From contig CAZHIA010000001.1 in NCBI GenBank assembly GCA_964532425.1, forward strand, positions 124,951-188,950: a stretch of 64,000 bases of DNA, read 5' to 3'. Under the pieces are notes generated by a model. The model worked only from the letters and a program-made list of their open reading frames with translations, was not told the DNA's origin and searched no databases. Shown here one piece after another: positions 36,406-51,400 of the stretch. Within the stretch, counting starts at the first letter, position 1. Every line of letters begins with the position of its first letter. The position numbers were made by a program, and so were the translations under genes. This DNA comes from an uncultured Candidatus Saccharibacteria bacterium. Lineage in GTDB: Bacteria; Patescibacteriota; Doudnabacteria; UBA920.

Positions 36406-39400
36406 GTGAGCCAAGAAATCAACGAAAATTTGGAAGGAATTGTCTCCCTCGCGGAAGCCAGCAAGGTAACCGGCTACAACCAAGATTACCTTGGCTTTTT
36501 ATGTCGTACCGGTAAACTGCAGGGTTTCAAGCTTGGCCGTAACTGGGTGACGAGCAAACAGGCCCTGGATGATCTCATGCGCCAAGAGGCGGGGCAGCGG
36601 GTACCTGTGCACGTACAATCTACAACCGTTGAAACAGTCAGACCAATTGAACCACAATCCGGGAACCCGCTCGGAACTCAAGTACCACCTGCTATGGGAT
36701 TGGCAGTGTCACAAATTGAACAGCAGCGGACGGAACAAATGAATACTGTTCCTGCCGTGGTGTCTTTGGAGCGTGCTGCTGCCGAAGAGCTTGAGCTTGC
36801 CAAACTAAAGAACGAAGTTGTGGTCGGTGATCTTTCAAAAAAGATTGCCACTCTTACAGAGACGCTCAGCACGACAGTAACAAAGTTACAGGCCCCGGCG
36901 CTCTCACTCAAAGACCAGGTGAACTGGATTAAATCTTTTACTACGCAGAAAACGTCTGCATGGAAATATGTTCTTTCGGGAGGCGCCGCGATGGCGGTAG
37001 TCGCGTTGCTGTCGTGGGGTCTGTGGTTCAATATGCGGATGACGAGAGAATTGGTGGCACAACCGAAAGATTCGCGCGTCGTCTACCAGAACAATTACAA
37101 CAACAACTACAACTACTACAACAACGGAGAGAAGACAAGCGGCACGCCGGTGAGCATGAACGGCACGAGCGGAACTCAGAGTCCCATAGCGGCTGGCAAA
37201 GGGAATGTTCTTTTCCCGAGCGCTCTCGATTACAACTCGCTCATTGATACTCGCATCGAGTCGTATATCGCGAGTGGAAAATTGAAAGGCGAAAAAGGCG
37301 ACAAAGGTGAGAAGGGTGATCGAGGTGACAATGGTCTCGATGGCTTTAGCACAAATGTGGGTACGGGATTGCAGCAGTCATACATTCCGGTTACATACGT
37401 GCAGCCGGTGAATCAACCGGCAAGCGGCGTGACGGGTTCTATGTCCGGCGCTACGCATTTTGCGGTTGCTGACCTCATTGCTGACAAAGCGGTCATCGGC
37501 AGCGGCGGGTTGACCATCAACGGACCGGTGACCTTCAGCAGTCCGCTGACGGTGTCTGATATCAATTTAAATTTCACACCGGGCAGCATCGTGTTCATGG
37601 GACCGAAAGGCCTTGCACAGAACAACGGTAAATTATTCTGGGATAATCTGACCTACCGCTTGGGCCTGAACACGACGACTCCGGAAGCCATGCTCAGCCT
37701 GGTTCAGAACGGCGGCGAAACCATGATCAAAGGTTTCGTAAATTCTACAAACACCCCGCAAGGAGAATTCATCTCTTTGGGGTATTCGGATACGGCTACG
37801 GAAATTTATTCGGTGGACACCAGGGGTAACATTAAAACTTCCGGTACGTTGACCTTGTCAGCCATGACGACCGGCAGTATTCCGTTCGTGGTTACGGGCG
37901 GCACGCTAGCGCAGGATACTTCTAATTTTTATTGGGACAATACCAACAAGCGCTTTGCGGTCGGCACGACCACCGTACCGGCAACGTTCGCTTTAGCCCA
38001 GACAAACAATGGCGATACCATCATTCAAGCAAGCCGCGCGACGGACAACGCGCCAGCCGGTGACTTTATCGCATACAAAGACGCTGCAGGTAATACGCTG
38101 TTCCGCGTCAATAATAACGGCAGCCTTACGGCCCCGGGTGTGACGAGTACGGGAGAACTGGCTGTCGTGGGCACTTCAACTTTAGCAACAACAACTATAA
38201 GCAGTCTGTCGTTGTCACAACCATTGTCATTGTCCTCGGGCGGTCTGGGCTTTGACGGCTCGAGCGTGACCAAAGGAAGTCTGATTGCCGGAACTGGGAA
38301 TGGTTCTTTGGGTGTCCAATCCGTAGGATCGGACGGGTTGTGCTTGACCGCCTCATCTTCAGCCGCTTCAGGAATAGCGTGGACGTCCTGTTCAGCCGCA
38401 GCCGGCGGTATTCAGAGCTTAAACGGCTTGGTTGCAGTCAATCAGTCACTCGCAACAAATACCACGGCTACCGGTTTAGTCCAGACCATCACATCTGCCG
38501 GTGGAACCCATACCTTCAACCTCTCGCTTAATCCCAGCTATACTATCCCGCTGATTGCTTCCACGACCAATTGGAACTTAACGTATGACACAGTCAATGC
38601 GGGTAGCGCCAACTGGACGAGCACTTACGGTATCGTTAACGCTTCGTCTTCGCTTTGGACTGCTGCTACGAATCTTGTGAATGCCAATAGTACCAATTGG
38701 ACCGCGGCTTACAATACCGTTAATGCCTCCTCGACGTATTGGGATAGTGCGTATGCCAATCGCATCACTTCTGCAGCTGCCCCGCTTCAGATAAGCAGCA
38801 ACCAGCTATCTATCCAGGCCGGGTATAGTATTCCGCTTAGTGCCTCTAGTACTAACTGGAACACCTTCTACAATACTCCGTCCACGCAAATTACCGCTGG
38901 TACCGGTATGACGTGGTCAGGCAATACGTTGAACTCAGTGTGGACGCAATCCGGCAGTGACATCTCCAATCTCACCATGGGCAACGTCGGCATTGGCAGT
39001 GCAAGTCCGGTTGCCAAACTCGATGTGGCTGGCGCGGTTCGCCTGGGTGATGCCGGGGCTAATAATCTTTTGAATACTTCAGCCGCAGCAGGTACCGCGA
39101 GCGGTCCCTTGTATTGGGGTAGCAAGCCTTTGGCATATTCGCTGTCTGTCCAGCAGAGCGATGGTAACAGCCTGGTCAACGGCGTGGAATATATTCAGTT
39201 TGACCAGGGTACCGGATTGCACGTGACCGACTTGGGTAATAAGAGCGTCAAGATCAGCATCGGCAGTCACTGGAAGGATCTCTATATTAATGGAGTAAAG
39301 AATTTGACGCCGACCGGCGAAGAACCGCTGAACTTCAACACCGATGCAAATTTGTTGCTGACTGCCAGCTCGAGCACGGTCCCACAATCTTTGAATTTTG

Positions 39401-42400
39401 CATTAAGCCCTAACATCCAGGTGACCTCTGTTACTGCTGCGAATGCTTCCACGACGCATTTCACCTCGACCGGTAATGCTTATTTGAATAATCTGGTGTT
39501 TGCTAACGCCACCGGATCCGCACTAAGCTTGGCCAGTACCTTGGCTGTAGGCGGTGCGTTGAATGTATCCGGAAATTCCAATGTCTCCAATATCATCGTG
39601 ACCGGTAACAGCACCACAACCGGTAATAGCATTTTTGTCGGCAATGTCGGTATTGGCGGAGGTTTGAATTTCAGCAATGCGACCGGTACAAATCTCTATT
39701 TGTCGGGATCGCTTGCCGCATCCAACTTGACCGGCACCAATACCGGCGATGTGACGCTGGCCGGAGAAAATTATGTATCGATCAGCGGCCAGCAAATTAC
39801 CGCCAATGCCATCAACCTAGCTACGACCAATGTTACGGGTATTCTGCCGGTAGCCAAGGGCGGCACTGGATCTTCCACGTTGAATACGAGCGTGGTGCCG
39901 GAAGGGTTGAACCTTTACTATACCGACGCGCGTTCCCGCGCGGCCTTGTCGTCTTCCGCCACCGGACTTTCATACGACAACATCACCGGCATCTTTAATT
40001 TATCCGCAGGCTACAATATTCCTCTGACTGCTTCCACTACTGAATGGTCTTCCGCCTATGCCAATCGCATCACCTCTGCTACCGCACCGCTGGCGATCAC
40101 CAATAACGTTTTGGGTTTGCAGGCTGGCTATTCAATTCCATTGACTGCGTCGACTACGAATTGGAACACGGCCTACAATATCGTGACAGCTTCTTCCACG
40201 TACTGGGATGCCGCGTACGCCAATCGGATCACTTCCGCCCTGGCACCGCTCCAGATTAGCAACAACCAGTTATCACTGGATTCGAATTACACTATCCCGC
40301 TGACCGCGTCTACCACCAATTGGAATAATTTTTATAACACGCCGTCCACCAGAATCACCGCCGGCACTAATTTGTCTTGGTCTGGTAACACCTTAAACGG
40401 TCCGGCTGATTCCTACATCCGCGGACTGCTCTCATCTGCCGCAACTGGGCTGACTTACAATTCCGGTACTGGTGCTTTGAGCGTAACTGCTGGCTACAAC
40501 ATTCCGCTCGCTGCGTCCACCACCAACTGGAATACCTTCTACAATACTCCATCCACCCAGATCACTGCGGGTACTGGTTTGTCGTGGTCGGGCAACACTT
40601 TAAATGCCACCAACAGCTTCACCGGTTCCGGTACGAATAACTACGTTGCCCGCTGGACGGGTACGAGCTCTCTGGGCACTGGAGTGTTGTTCGACAATGG
40701 AACGAGCGTTGGTGTTGGTACGACGTCACCCATAGCCAAACTTGATGTTTGGGGCAACTTAAACGTAGGTACTTCCTCGACTCCAACCCTTTCTGTTAAT
40801 ACAGCAACTAATCAGGTAGGTATTGGCAGAGTACCGGTTAGTCATGCTCTGGAAATTGGCGCTGATCAGACCATTTGGTCCAATTCTGCCCTGACATTGA
40901 TGACTGCAAATTCCGGTAATATGAATTTTAATAGCACCGGAAACATAGTATTAAATCCCTACACCGGTGGAGATGTAACCTTCCCGGGTTTGGGGATATG
41001 GAAAAATAGTGGCAACGTTGGTATCGGAACTACGACTCCTGGGCAGAAGTTGGTTGTTAATGGTAGCGAGTATGTCACCGGAGCGAGGTTGGACAGCAAT
41101 GCCTCGGCGGGAACTTCCGGTTACCTTTTGCAAACCACTGGCACTGGCACGCAGTGGGTGGCAACTTCTTCACTCGGCATCATTGGCGGTATCCAGTCCC
41201 TTAATGGATTGAATTCTCTCAACCAAACCTTCGCCACCGGCACTGCTACCGGGATCGGTTTGAACATTACCTCGGTCGGTTCGACTCATACCTTCACGCC
41301 GACCGTGGCCTCTGGCTATTCAATTCCGCTGACCGCCTCCACGACCGAATGGGCTACGGCCTATACCAATCGCATCACCTCTGCTACTGCGCCGCTTCAG
41401 ATTAATAGTAATACACTCTCGGTCCAGGCTGGTTATAATATTCCATTAACCGCGTCCACTACAAATTGGAATGGCTTTTACGATGTACCCTCAACCCGCA
41501 TCGCTGCTGGCACTAATATGTCCTGGTCTGGCAATACTTTAAATGGTCCGGCTGATTCTTACATCCGTGGATTACTCTCATCTTCTGCCACTGGCTTGTC
41601 GTACAACTCCGGTACTGGCGTGTTCTCTTTGACTGCTGGTTATAACATTCCACTCACGGCCTCGACCACCAACTGGAACACGGCCTACAACACCGTGAAC
41701 GCTTCTTCCACGTACTGGGACAGCGCTTATGCCAATCGCATAACTTCTGCTGTTGCTCCGTTGCAGATAAGTAGCAACCAGTTGTCACTGGATCCCAACT
41801 ATATCATTCCGCTGACTGCGTCCACCACCAATTGGAATAATTTTTATAATGCGCCGTCGACCAGAATCTCTGCAGGCTCTGGCCTAGCCTGGTCTGGTAA
41901 TACGCTGAATTCAGTGTGGAGTGTCAACGGCAATAACATCTATAATAACAACTTGTCCAATGTCGGGATTGGGACGACGAGTCCTGTCTTTGCGCTCGAC
42001 GTGAATGGCCAGGTCAATGCGCAATCAGGTTTGTGCATTGCTGGTGACTGCAAGGCTTCGTGGTCTGCGGTGAGTGCGGCCGGGTACTGGACGCAGAGTG
42101 GCGGCAATTTGTATCCCTCTACGATCGGCAACAATGTCGGAATCGGCTCCTCCAATCCGCAGGCGAAATTGGACGTGGTCGGTAATGTGCGCGTGGCTGG
42201 AAACATCATGCCGGAAATGACCGGCGCGACCGGAAATATTTCCACGCGTAGCATTGGGGATGCTAACAACCGCTTTGCGGATGTCTGGGCCAACGACGTG
42301 CATGTCGGCGCCAGCTCTTTGTACGTAAACGGCAAGAAGGTCATTACCGATGTGTCCAATGTCATGAATTTTACGACTGACGTGGATCAGTCATTGGTTG

Positions 42401-45400
42401 TTAAGACTTCCGGCATTGGCAGCATGGGATTGCAGACCGATGCAGGTTCGCTGCTGTTGAATTCCAACAGTCTCATTTCCGCGACCGGCAAGGGTGGCAT
42501 TAATTTGACGGTGCCGATTGACACACCGTCCATGAATTTGAATCTCACGAATAATTCCTTAAACGGCAACATCACCTTTACCGCAACGGGCAATAACTCC
42601 CAAGTGCTAGCCAGCGCCGTGCAAAAGATTGCTTTGACCTCTCCGAGTATTGAATTGAACGGGACGGTGACCAGCGGCACTTGGAATGGCACCAAGATCG
42701 GTGTGCCGTACGGCGGTACCGGTGTCTCGTACATTACTCCGAACGCGGTTGTTTACGGCAACGGATCCGGAGCGATAGCAACAACGTCCGCACCGTCTGC
42801 CGGTCAAGTGCTCATCGGCAACGGCAGCAACGTTCCGACCTTTGCTTCCATTAGCGGTGATGCTGCATTGAATGGTTCCGGCGCGTTAACTTTGAATTCG
42901 GTCAATTCCAACATTGGCACCTTTAACAATGTTACGGTCAATGCGAAAGGTTTAGTCACTGCAGCTTCCAATGTGTCTTACCTGACCGGCAACCAGACCA
43001 TTACACTTTCCGGTGATGTGAGCGGTAGCGGAACTACGGCTATCAATACCACGCTGGCGACAGTGAATGCCAACACCGGTTCGTTTGGTTCCGCTTCCGC
43101 GGTGCCTACCTTTACGGTCAATGGCAAAGGATTGATTACTGCTGCCGGTTCTGCCCCGATCGCTATTAATGGCAACCAGATTACTTCCGGCACGGTGGCC
43201 CCGACCTACGGCGGCTTAGGATTTAATGCTTCCACGATCGCCAAGGGCGGCCTGCTCACGGGTACCGGATCTGGCAGCTTTGGTATTCAAACTGCGGGAA
43301 CCGATGGCCTGTGCCTGACGGCTTCTTCTACCTCAGCTTCCGGCGTAGCTTGGACTTCCTGTTCCTCCGGTTCCATTACCTCCTTAAATGGTCTGACTGC
43401 TTCTGTCCAAACCTTTGCTACCGGCACGGCAACCAGTATTGGTCTGAATATTACCTCAAACGGTTCAACTCATACTTTTACACCGACAGTCACATCCGGG
43501 TACAGTATCCCTCTGACTGCTTCCACCACGGAATGGGCTACGGCGTACAGCAACCGCATCACTTCGGCTACTTCGCCGCTCCAGATTAGCAATAACCAGC
43601 TTTCGATTGCTGCCGGCTACAACATTCCACTCACAGCTTCCACTACTAACTGGAACACGGCTTACAATACCGTCACTGCATCCTCGACCTACTGGGACAG
43701 TGCGTACACTAACCGCATTACCTCGGCTACGGCTCCTTTGCAAATCTCCAGTAATCAACTTTCTGTCCAGGCTGGTTACAATATTCCTTTGAACGCTTCC
43801 ACTACTAACTGGAATGGCTTCTACAATGTGCCATCATCCAGAATCACTGCCGGTACCGGTCTGTCCTGGAATGGCAATACTTTAAACTCCACCATGCAGG
43901 CTTATGCCACGACCACCATTAACGGTGCAGCTGGTCCGACCTTTGCCTTTGCTGCCGGAACTGATACCAACCTCGGCCTGACCATTGCCACTTCCACCAA
44001 CACGGTGACCTTCACTCCAACCTGGTCAGGGACCCTGGCTGCCGGCAGATTGAACAGCAACGTGGTGCAGGGAATTACCAATGACACCAACATCACCGGC
44101 TCCATCTCTGCCCAGAACCTGACCTTAGGCTGGTCTGGTCAGCTTTCAGTTGCCCGCGGCGGCACTGGCGCTAATAGCTTGACTGGTGTGCTGAAAGGCA
44201 ACGGTGCCTCTGCCTTCACTGCCATGACCGGCACTGCCAACTACGTCACGCGCTGGACCGATGCCAATACCCTCGGGACAGGCACACTCTATGACAATGG
44301 TACTAACGTGGGGATTGGGACAACGAATACTAATGCCACTTTGCAAGTTTATAATTCTTCCGCTACAACGAAATATATAAAAATCGGCAATGTCGCAAAT
44401 CCGACAACAACTGCAGGGGCAGGAGGTATGGTTGTTGATGTCAATGGGGGCGGTGGAATTTACATGGGTGATTCGGTTGCCGGAGTCTATGGGAAATATG
44501 AAGCCTATAGCGGACAATTGGGTGTTGGTACCATGTCTAACCATCCGGTTGGGTTCTGGAGCAACAACATAGAACGTGTCCGTATTTCAAGTGATGGAAG
44601 CGTCGGTATTAATACCACCACTCCGGGTCAAACCTTGGTCGTAAACGGCACCATGCAAATCACAGGCGGCGCCCCCGGAGCCGGCAAGATTCTCCAGAGC
44701 GACGCTAATGGTGTAGCCTCCTGGGTTTCCACCTCTACCATGGTTGGTGGTAACGCCATTGTTTCCTTAAATGGACTGACCGCTTCCTCGCAGACGTTTG
44801 CCACCGGTACTGCTACTGGCATCGGTTTGAATATCACTTCAATCGGCTCAACTCACACCTTTACCCCGACCGTGGCCTCTGGCTATTCAATTCCGCTGAC
44901 CGCCTCCACGACCGAATGGGCTACGGCCTATACCAATCGCATCACCTCTGCTACTGCACCGCTGGCGATTACGAATAACGTTTTGGGTTTGCAGGCTGGT
45001 TACAGCATCCCGCTCACGGCTTCGACCACCAACTGGAACACGGCCTACAACACCGTAAACGCTTCCTCAACCTACTGGGACAGTGCCTATCAAAACAGAA
45101 TCACATCTGCCTCTGCACCGCTGCAGATTTCTAATAATCAATTATCCATACAAGCTGGGTACACTATTCCATTAACTGCTTCTTCTTCAGAGTGGTCCAG
45201 TTTCTACAATACGCCATCGACACGCATCGCAGCTGGAACCAATTTATCTTGGAATGGTAATACCTTAAATGGTCCGGCTGATTCTTACATTCGTGGATTA
45301 CTCTCATCTTCTGCCACTGGCTTGTCTTACAACAACACGAACGGCGTGTTTTCTCTCGCTGCTGGCTACAATATCCCGCTTACAGCGTCTACTACGAATT

Positions 45401-48400
45401 GGAATACGGCTTACAACACAGTTACAGCTTCTTCTACTTATTGGGATAGTGCGTACACCAGTCGTATTACATCCGCCGTTGCCCCGCTTCAGATCAGTAA
45501 TAATCAGTTGTCGGTCCAGGCTGGCTACAACATTCCGCTCAATGCTTCGACTACCAATTGGAATACCTTCTACAACACTCCGTCCACTCAGATAACTGCT
45601 GGTACTGGTTTGTCATGGTCGGGTAATACTTTGAATGCCACCAACAGCTTCACCGGTTCCGGTACGAATAACTATGTCGCACGCTGGACGGGTACCAGCT
45701 CTTTGGGTACTGGTGTACTGTTTGATAATGGTACGAATGTGGGCATTGGTACCACAGGCCCGAGCAAACTGTTTGATGTTGCTGGAGGAAAATTCACGGT
45801 TGACGTGAATGGGTATACAACGGGAACCGGTTACATTACTTTAAATGCGCCAACGTATGCACCGGCATTTGAATGGAATCGCCAGGATAATTTTTCTACG
45901 GACAGAAATGTTGGAGCGTTAACCTCGAAAGCCAACACCTCTGCCGGAGCAGCGGCACAACTTTCGCAAATAATTTTCGGCCAATCTGCAGATTATAACG
46001 GTTATATAACATTCAATACGAACAATGGTGCGTCTTTGGCAGAAAGAATGAGAATAAACAAAGATGGTAATGTCGGTATCAATACTACAACCCCCGGTCA
46101 GACCCTGGTAGTCAACGGCACCATGCAGATCACCGGTGGTACACCTGGAATCGGTAAAGTGTTATCGAGCGATGCCAATGGCATTGCTTCCTGGGTAGCA
46201 ACTTCTACGCTCGCTGTCTCTCCATCTGGTGCTGCTTCCGGCGACCTCTCTGGCAATTACCCCAATCCGACCGTGGCCAAGATCAACGGCGTAGCTCTGG
46301 GTTCGACCACGGCTACGGCTGGTAATCTCCTGATTGGTTCTGGTTCCCAGTGGGTCTCCACGGCCATGAGTGGTGATGCGACTATTAACAGTTCCGGTGC
46401 TCTCACCTTAAAGAACACCGGCACGGCCGGTACCTATGGCTCTGCCACCCAGGTCCCGGTTTTGACTACTGATGCCCAGGGGAGAGTTACCGGTGTTACC
46501 AATACCACTATCTCTGGTGTAGCTCCGGGCGGTTCAGCCGGTGGTGATCTAACCGGTACTTACCCGAACCCCACAGTCAATGGTATTAAGGGTGCAGCCG
46601 TGCCAGCCCTCTCTGCCGGCTTCCTCAAGTACAATGGATCAGCCTGGGCTTTTGATTCTTCGACCTACCTTACCGGTAACCAGACCATTACCTTGTCAGG
46701 TGATATCTCTGGCTCAGGTACTACGGCTATTACAACTGCTATTGGTGCTGGCAAGGTTACCAACACCATGTTAGCTGGATCGATCGATCTAACCACCAAG
46801 GTCACCGGGATCCTGCCCGTTGCCAATGGCGGTACTGGCGCCAACACCTTAACCGGAGTCCTCAAGGGTAACGGCACGTCTGCCTTTACTGCCATGACCG
46901 GTACGCAGAATTACATTACCAAGTGGACTGATGCCAACACGATTGGTAATTCGATAATGTTAGACAATGGTACGAATGTTGGTATTGGGACAAATAATCC
47001 CACAGCCAAACTGCATATCCATGGGGATTACAATAATGCTCTCGGCGGTGGTTTTATGCTGGATGCAACCGACAATACTGATCCAAATAAATACTCTCTG
47101 CGTATTAATCCGTTTGTGATAGGCGCTTACAAAGTTGGATACCAGTTTATTACCACGAGCGCTACCGGCGGTACCAGCACGCCGTTGGTCTTTGACAATG
47201 CCGGCAATGTTGGTATTAACTCCACGGGCCCTGGCTACAAACTCGATGTGGTTGGCACCGGCCATTTTACCGGAGCGTTAACGTTAGATACTGACCTTAC
47301 TGTCCCGTATGGCGGTACCGGCGTCTCTACCTTTACTACCAATGGCGTACTCTATGGCAATGGTGCCAATGCTTTGAATGTGACCACTGCCGGTACAGCT
47401 GGCCAGATCCTGATGGCCAACGGTTCAGCAGTGCCCACCTTTACCACTATGAGCGGCGATGCCACCATTAGTGGCACGGGTGTTATTAGCCTAAAGAACA
47501 CCGGTACTGCCGGTACTTATGGCTCTGCCACCCAAGTACCCGTCTTAACCACCGATGCCCAAGGCAGAGTGACTGGGGTGACTAATACGGCCATCTCAGG
47601 AGTAGCTCCTGGCGGTTCTGCGGGTGGTGATCTAACGGGCACCTACCCAAACCCGACGGTGAACGGCATCAAGGGTGCAGCCGTGCCAGCTTTGTCTGCT
47701 GGTCTTCTCAAATATAATGGATCAGCCTGGGCTTTTGACTCGTCGACTTATTTGACCTCAGCCATCACTTCCATAAACAGCCAGACCGGGCCTTCGCTGA
47801 CCATTGCTTCAGGCACAGCTGGTAACATCTTTAACATCACTTCCGCGGGTAATACCATTACCTTAAACCTACCCTTTGCCTCCGGCTCGAATTCTGGCCA
47901 ACTGTCTGCTACTGATTGGACCACCTTTAACAACAAGCAAGCTGCCGGCAACTATATTACTGCCTTAACCGGGGATGTGACCGCTGCGGGGCCGGGGAGT
48001 GCTGCAGCAACTGTTGCTAAAATCAACGGCGTGGCGCTTGGTTCAACGACTGCTACCGCTGGCAACCTCCTCATTGGCTCTGGTTCCCAGTGGGTCTCCA
48101 CGGCCATGTCCGGTGATGTCACCATCAACTCTTCCGGCGTCTCTGCCATTGGTGCTCTCAAAGTCACCAACGCCATGATTGCCAACTCTACGATCGATCT
48201 GACTACGAAGGTCACGGGTATTCTGCCCATTGCCAATGGTGGTACTAATTCCAACGCTACCCCTACTTCCGGTGGAGTGGGGTATGGTACTGGGTCTGCC
48301 CATGCCTACACCACTGCTGGCTCTGTGGGCCAGATCCTCATGAGCAATGGTGCCTCGGCTCCTTCCTGGATTGCCACTTCTACTATCTTTGGTGGTTCCC

Positions 48401-51400
48401 AAGTTACCGGCAGCGGTACTTCTAACTACGTCGCACGCTGGACTGGTACCAACGCGTTGGGAACCGGCGTGCTGACCGATACTGGTACGAATGTAGGAAT
48501 CGGCACCGCTAACCCGACTGCTAAATTTGCAATTGGGAATGATGGTGGTGCGAGCATTGCTGGTTCCTGGATTCCGGGCAGTCAGGCCGTGGCTTACATG
48601 GGATACAGCAGTGATTTTGTAGCGATCGGTTTGAAGAACGATGGTCCGGATAATCAGAATCCATACATCACGTGGGGCGATGATGGTGCACCACTGACCT
48701 TCTCTCATTACCACTACATGACTGGCACTACTACTATTATGACTTTATTGGCTGGTGGCAACGTCGGTATCGGCTCAGCTGCTCCGGGTGCCAATCTCGA
48801 TGTGGTCGGCACGGGTAGATTTAGTTCAACCCTCACTGCCTCCAACGGCTTCACCGTCTCAGCCGGTTCAGTGACCTTGCCTAACAATTCTATTGCCAAT
48901 GCAGCGCTCCAGGGTAATGGTGCATTGACTGTGACTGCTGGCACAGGCCTCTCGGGCGGCGGCTCAGTCGCACTTGGTTCATCGGTGACCTTGTCACTGC
49001 CGAACACCGGCACGGCCGGCACCTATGGCTCTGCGACCCAAGTTCCGGTCTTAACTACCGATGCCCAGGGGAGAGTGACGGGTGTTACTAATACCACTAT
49101 CTCTGGCGTAGCTCCTGGCGGTTCTGCCGGTGGTGACCTTTCTGGCACTTACCCGAATCCCACCGTGAACGGCATCAAGGGTGCAGCCGTGCCTGCCTTG
49201 TCTGCTGGGTTCCTCAAATACAATGGGTCAGCCTGGACGTTTGATTCTTCTACTTACTTAACGGGTAATCAGACCATTACCTTGTCTGGTGACATTACTG
49301 GCAGCGGTACTACGGCTATTACAACTGCTATTGGTGCTGGCAAGGTTACCAACACCATGTTAGCTGGATCGATCGATCTAACCACCAAAGTCACCGGCAT
49401 CCTGCCAGTTTCTAATGGTGGTTCGGGTGCCAACACTTTGACTGGAGTCTTAAAGGGGAACGGCACGTCTGCCTTTACCGCGATGACCGGCACGCAGAAT
49501 TATGTTACTCGCTGGACTGATGCCAACACGCTCGGAACCGGAGTGTTGTTTGATAATGCCACGAATGTCGGTATTGGAAATTCTGGGCCGAACGAAAAAT
49601 TGGAAGTGAGCGGAACCATTCGTTCCAATTACGATTACACTTCTTCAGTGGTATTTACGGATGGTTGGGCCGCCAATGATTATCAAAACTTTGTGCAAGT
49701 AACTCCGGGTTCGGCCGGTGCTTCAGGCTTGTACGAAATTACTATTGATTCGACTCGCGGCAATTTGGCCGAATCATCCACTTATATGGCTGCGGTTGAC
49801 CATTCTAACGCCAATGTCTGGAGGGAAGCGGGTGTTATAAATGATAATGCGTACGTCAATAACACCAGATGTTTTACTGTTGATGTTAACGGAAATTACG
49901 GCGCAGTCCAGTTCCGCGTCCGCGCTTTGAAGGCGAGTGCTTCCTGCGGGATCACTGGAAATCTGACAGTGAACGTCAAAGTACGATCGGTAGGTAGGAA
50001 CACCGCTTGGAGCGCGTTGTCTAGCGGAGGAAGTGGGGGGACGGTAACCGGTTTTCAGTCCATGACTGGACTGTCTTGGAATTTGTATACGGGAAATCCT
50101 TACAGCGGAGCTGGTAATTTAGCCATAAGTGCCGCAAGCTCAGGCAACGTCGGTATTGGGACGACGAGTCCGGAACAAAAGCTGCAAGTGCAGGGTAATA
50201 TTGCCTTGGGGTATAACGTAATAGGCGGCGGTTTGGGTTACGGCGGTGTTGGGGCATCGTCGGGCAGTACCATAAAACTCCAGGATAACTCTACTGGGGA
50301 CATGGTTTTTACCTCCAACTATCGGTACATGTTTAACAGTTTGTATAACAGCAATACCAGTTTAGCTATAACAAGAGAAGGTAATGTCGGCATTGGAACC
50401 ACAACTCCTAATCAAACCTTGGAAGTTGTCGGTAGCTTTGGTATAAGCAATGGGAATAGCAATACCCGGGTTGTTATGACACCAGTATTCGCTAACACGT
50501 TGCAATTCAGCTATGGCGGGACAGGGGCTAACATCGGCAGTTTGACCAATGGTTCCTACTTATTATTAGGCCCGTCTGGCAGTACCACCACCCCGGTATA
50601 TGCATTCACCAATGACGCCAATACCGGCATTGGCACTGCAGGGAACAGCAGCGACACCATCAGTTTGATTACCGCCGGCTCCAGTAGGATGTTTATTGAT
50701 GCTAATGGAAATGTGGGTGTTGGTTCTACAGTACCAGGTTATGCTTTGGATGTTTCGTCAGGGACAATAAATGGAAATTCTTATAGAGTTGCTGGCGATG
50801 CGTTGGCGCAATCGAACGGCACAACGATAGCAATTGGTTCTGCTGCTTCGCGAAATCTGTCGTTCTATGCCGGAGCAGTGGATAGGATGTTCATTACAAA
50901 TCAAGGTAATGTTGGCATTGGCACCACCACTCCGCAAGCGACCTTGGACGTCAACGGTTCCTTCAATGTATACGGCGGGGCAATCAACTACAATACGACT
51001 ACGGCTTTAACCACGATCGACAACTTGCAATTGGGTAGCATGAGCTTTGACAGCAATGCCGGTCAGGTTACCTGGATGGATATGCCCGTGACCTCTGCGG
51101 CTACGGTTGGCACCATTGAATCTTATACCGCACAAATTGATGGTACTCCGCTGCTCACGGTTTATTCTGAATCCAACGGTTCAGGTGGTATCCAAAATGG
51201 CCGGATTGGCGTAGGTACGACCACTCCGACCCAGACCCTAGTAGTCAACGGCACCATGCAGATTACGGGCGGTGCACCTGGAATCGGTAAAGTGTTATCG
51301 AGTGATGCCAATGGCATTGCTTCCTGGGTGGCAACTTCTACGCTCGCTGTCTCTCCGTCTGGCGCTGCTTCCGGCGATCTCTCCGGCACTTACCCGAACC

